From: Escherichia coli
GTDB lineage: Bacteria; Pseudomonadota; Gammaproteobacteria; Enterobacterales; Enterobacteriaceae
Direction: 5' to 3' (one strand)
DNA: 64,000 nt
NCBI RefSeq assembly: GCF_003334785.1
Contig: NZ_QOWV01000008.1
The position numbers and the translations under genes were made by a program. Below the pieces are notes generated by a model, which saw only the letters and a program-made list of their open reading frames with translations, did no database searches and had not been told where the DNA came from. Each line of letters starts with the position of its first letter. The first letter of the stretch is position 1. This document shows, in pieces, positions 62,542 through 64,000 of this stretch.

Positions 62542-62860
62542 CGGGGATTATTTTTACATTGCATATTATTACCAGAAGCGACTGGAATACTAAGCACATC
62601 ATAAAAATTATCATCACATGGTATATCTGAAACACACGAAAGCATACCTAAAGTTATGCTGTATAAACAGGTGGCTAATCCCAAGGGGATCGATTCCAGA
62701 AATCGGGTTCAACGGATACTGATAAAAATTCCACCTACCTTCCAGCCCAATCGGAGCCTGAGTGTTATACCGCCCCTGCTGCGGTTAATGTTACCGATAA
62801 TAGTTATAGTACAGCCCTGATTCATCATCATACTACTGCTGCGGCAGTCTGATGAACTAT
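62542..62860 (-). pseudogene. Degenerate Rhs core-end remnant with short tip
   Basis: Minus-strand translation gives [43 protein letters not shown], a stop-riddled copy of the Rhs core C-terminus. Confidence 0.5.
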
Positions 62861-62865
62861 TGCTT

Positions 62866-63327
62866 TTACGGATTCTCCTTATTCTTCCTTCTATCCATTC
62901 GCTTTAGCTTTTTGAGCTCTTGAAGTTTGCTCTTTGCATCAATATTACCGTTATTTACAGCGAATTCCATCCAATAAATAGCTCTATTCAAATTATAATA
63001 TTCTGATAATGTTGGATTTGTATCTGATAAAAAGACCCCATAATTAAACTGCGCTGTAACATTCCCCTGAGATGCTGATCTTTCCAAGAATCGCAATTGT
63101 TTGTAAATGTTATTTTTAGTAAAGCAGTAATATTGATATAGTCGAAATGATGCCTCTGAATCACCATGTTGTGATTTATACTTCAGTTTCATCAACTTTT
63201 CTTCACTTAAATCATAGGTCATTGCTGTAGACCCCATCATACTTTCGTTTTGTTTTATTTTCACATCAGCACCATGCAATTGACAAATAAAAGAGAAATA
63301 AAAAAATAGTAACAAGCATGCTTTCAT
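62866..63327 (-). CDS. yibG: Sel1-like repeat protein with signal peptide, YibG-like; putative immunity partner of the upstream Rhs tip
   Basis: 153 aa; N-terminal MKACLLLFFYFSFICQLHGA; starts 11 bp after the Rhs tip stop. Confidence 0.6.
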   Translation of the reverse strand: MKACLLLFFYFSFICQLHGADVKIKQNESMMGSTAMTYDLSEEKLMKLKYKSQHGDSEASFRLYQYYCFTKNNIYKQLRFLERSASQGNVTAQFNYGVFLSDTNPTLSEYYNLNRAIYWMEFAVNNGNIDAKSKLQELKKLKRMDRRKNKENP

Positions 63328-63338
63328 ACATCTACAAC

Positions 63339-64000
63339 CTATCTTATATCACTGGGTTTTTCTGGCGTACCTTGCATATTAGAAATGGGGTGCCCAGATG
63401 GCCCATATGTTATCCAATTACCAAGGTCTTTTGTTGTTATAGCCATTAGATCCTTATTTGAATTAAGGTTCGTTGGTGCTGTTAGCACTGTATCCATTTT
63501 TAACTTACCATTAGTTCCTCGCCCCCACCACGTCCATAGCGTGTCAGGTCCTATTACATTTGTATGTAACTCTTTAGCTAATTGGCTAGCAAATGAATTT
63601 TGTCCTTTACCTGTATTACAAGAAAATAACCAAACTGTCATCCCATCTTTATAATTCCCATCAAATTTAATTAGATATGCTAGATCTTTAGCTGTCATGA
63701 TACTGCGCGTTGCGGATTCAATAGATGTGGGGGTACCATGCCCCCCGATTGTGAAAACGCCTGGGATATTAATCTCATCAGCTACAGAATGGATAAGATC
63801 ACTTTCGGGGTATAAATTTATATCAACCAAACCTTGCGGATCTACATTTATGACCGGATTCAACGGATACTGATAAAAATTCCATCCCCCCTTCAGCCCA
63901 ATCGGATCCTGAGTGATATACCGCCCCTGCAGCGGGTCATAATAGCGGTGGCGGTTGTAATACAGGCCGGACTCCTCATCATACTGCTGCCCCGGCAGGC
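63339..64000 (-). CDS. Rhs-family protein C-terminal region (core end plus variable toxin tip), 5' end beyond the window; YibJ-like orphan
   Basis: Minus-strand translation of 63864-64000 gives ...[48 protein letters not shown] in frame with the 174-aa tip. Confidence 0.7.
   Translation of the reverse strand, partial: LPGQQYDEESGLYYNRHRYYDPLQGRYITQDPIGLKGGWNFYQYPLNPVINVDPQGLVDINLYPESDLIHSVADEINIPGVFTIGGHGTPTSIESATRSIMTAKDLAYLIKFDGNYKDGMTVWLFSCNTGKGQNSFASQLAKELHTNVIGPDTLWTWWGRGTNGKLKMDTVLTAPTNLNSNKDLMAITTKDLGNWITYGPSGHPISNMQGTPEKPSDIR

Overview
This window reads as an Escherichia coli chromosomal segment, about 90% coding, with gene order and protein sequences matching the K-12 map in reverse orientation. 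It runs from the yicI 3' end through yicH, xanP, gltS, the gmk-rpoZ-spoT-trmH-recG operon, ligB, yicG, dinD, yicC, rph-pyrE, slmA, dut, coaBC, radC, rpmBG, mutM, coaD and waaA, then the LPS core (waa) cluster and hldD, kbl-tdh, waaH, yibQ-envC, gpmM, yibN-grxC-secB-gpsA-cysE, trmL, lldPRD, yibL, yibT, the mtl operon, yibI-yibH and an Rhs orphan toxin/immunity region that runs off the 3' end. All identifications are from reading the ORF-track translations and the DNA by eye; no database search or alignment was run. I found no tRNA, rRNA, CRISPR array, IS element or prophage. The strain is not MG1655-like: rph is intact, htrL is missing between hldD and kbl, and waaZ/waaK/waaL look Salmonella/R2-like. 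The observations most worth a second look are (1) an ERIC-like repeat inserted at the 3' end of hldD that replaces its normal C-terminus, (2) a third GT8-family glycosyltransferase at the waaS position of the AT-rich outer-core block, and (3) the Rhs orphan region with a C-terminal toxin tip of unknown family, signal-peptide Sel1-like partners, a degenerate Rhs core fossil and a homopolymer frameshift. I do not see a clearly novel multi-gene system; most of the window is well-characterised core genome.
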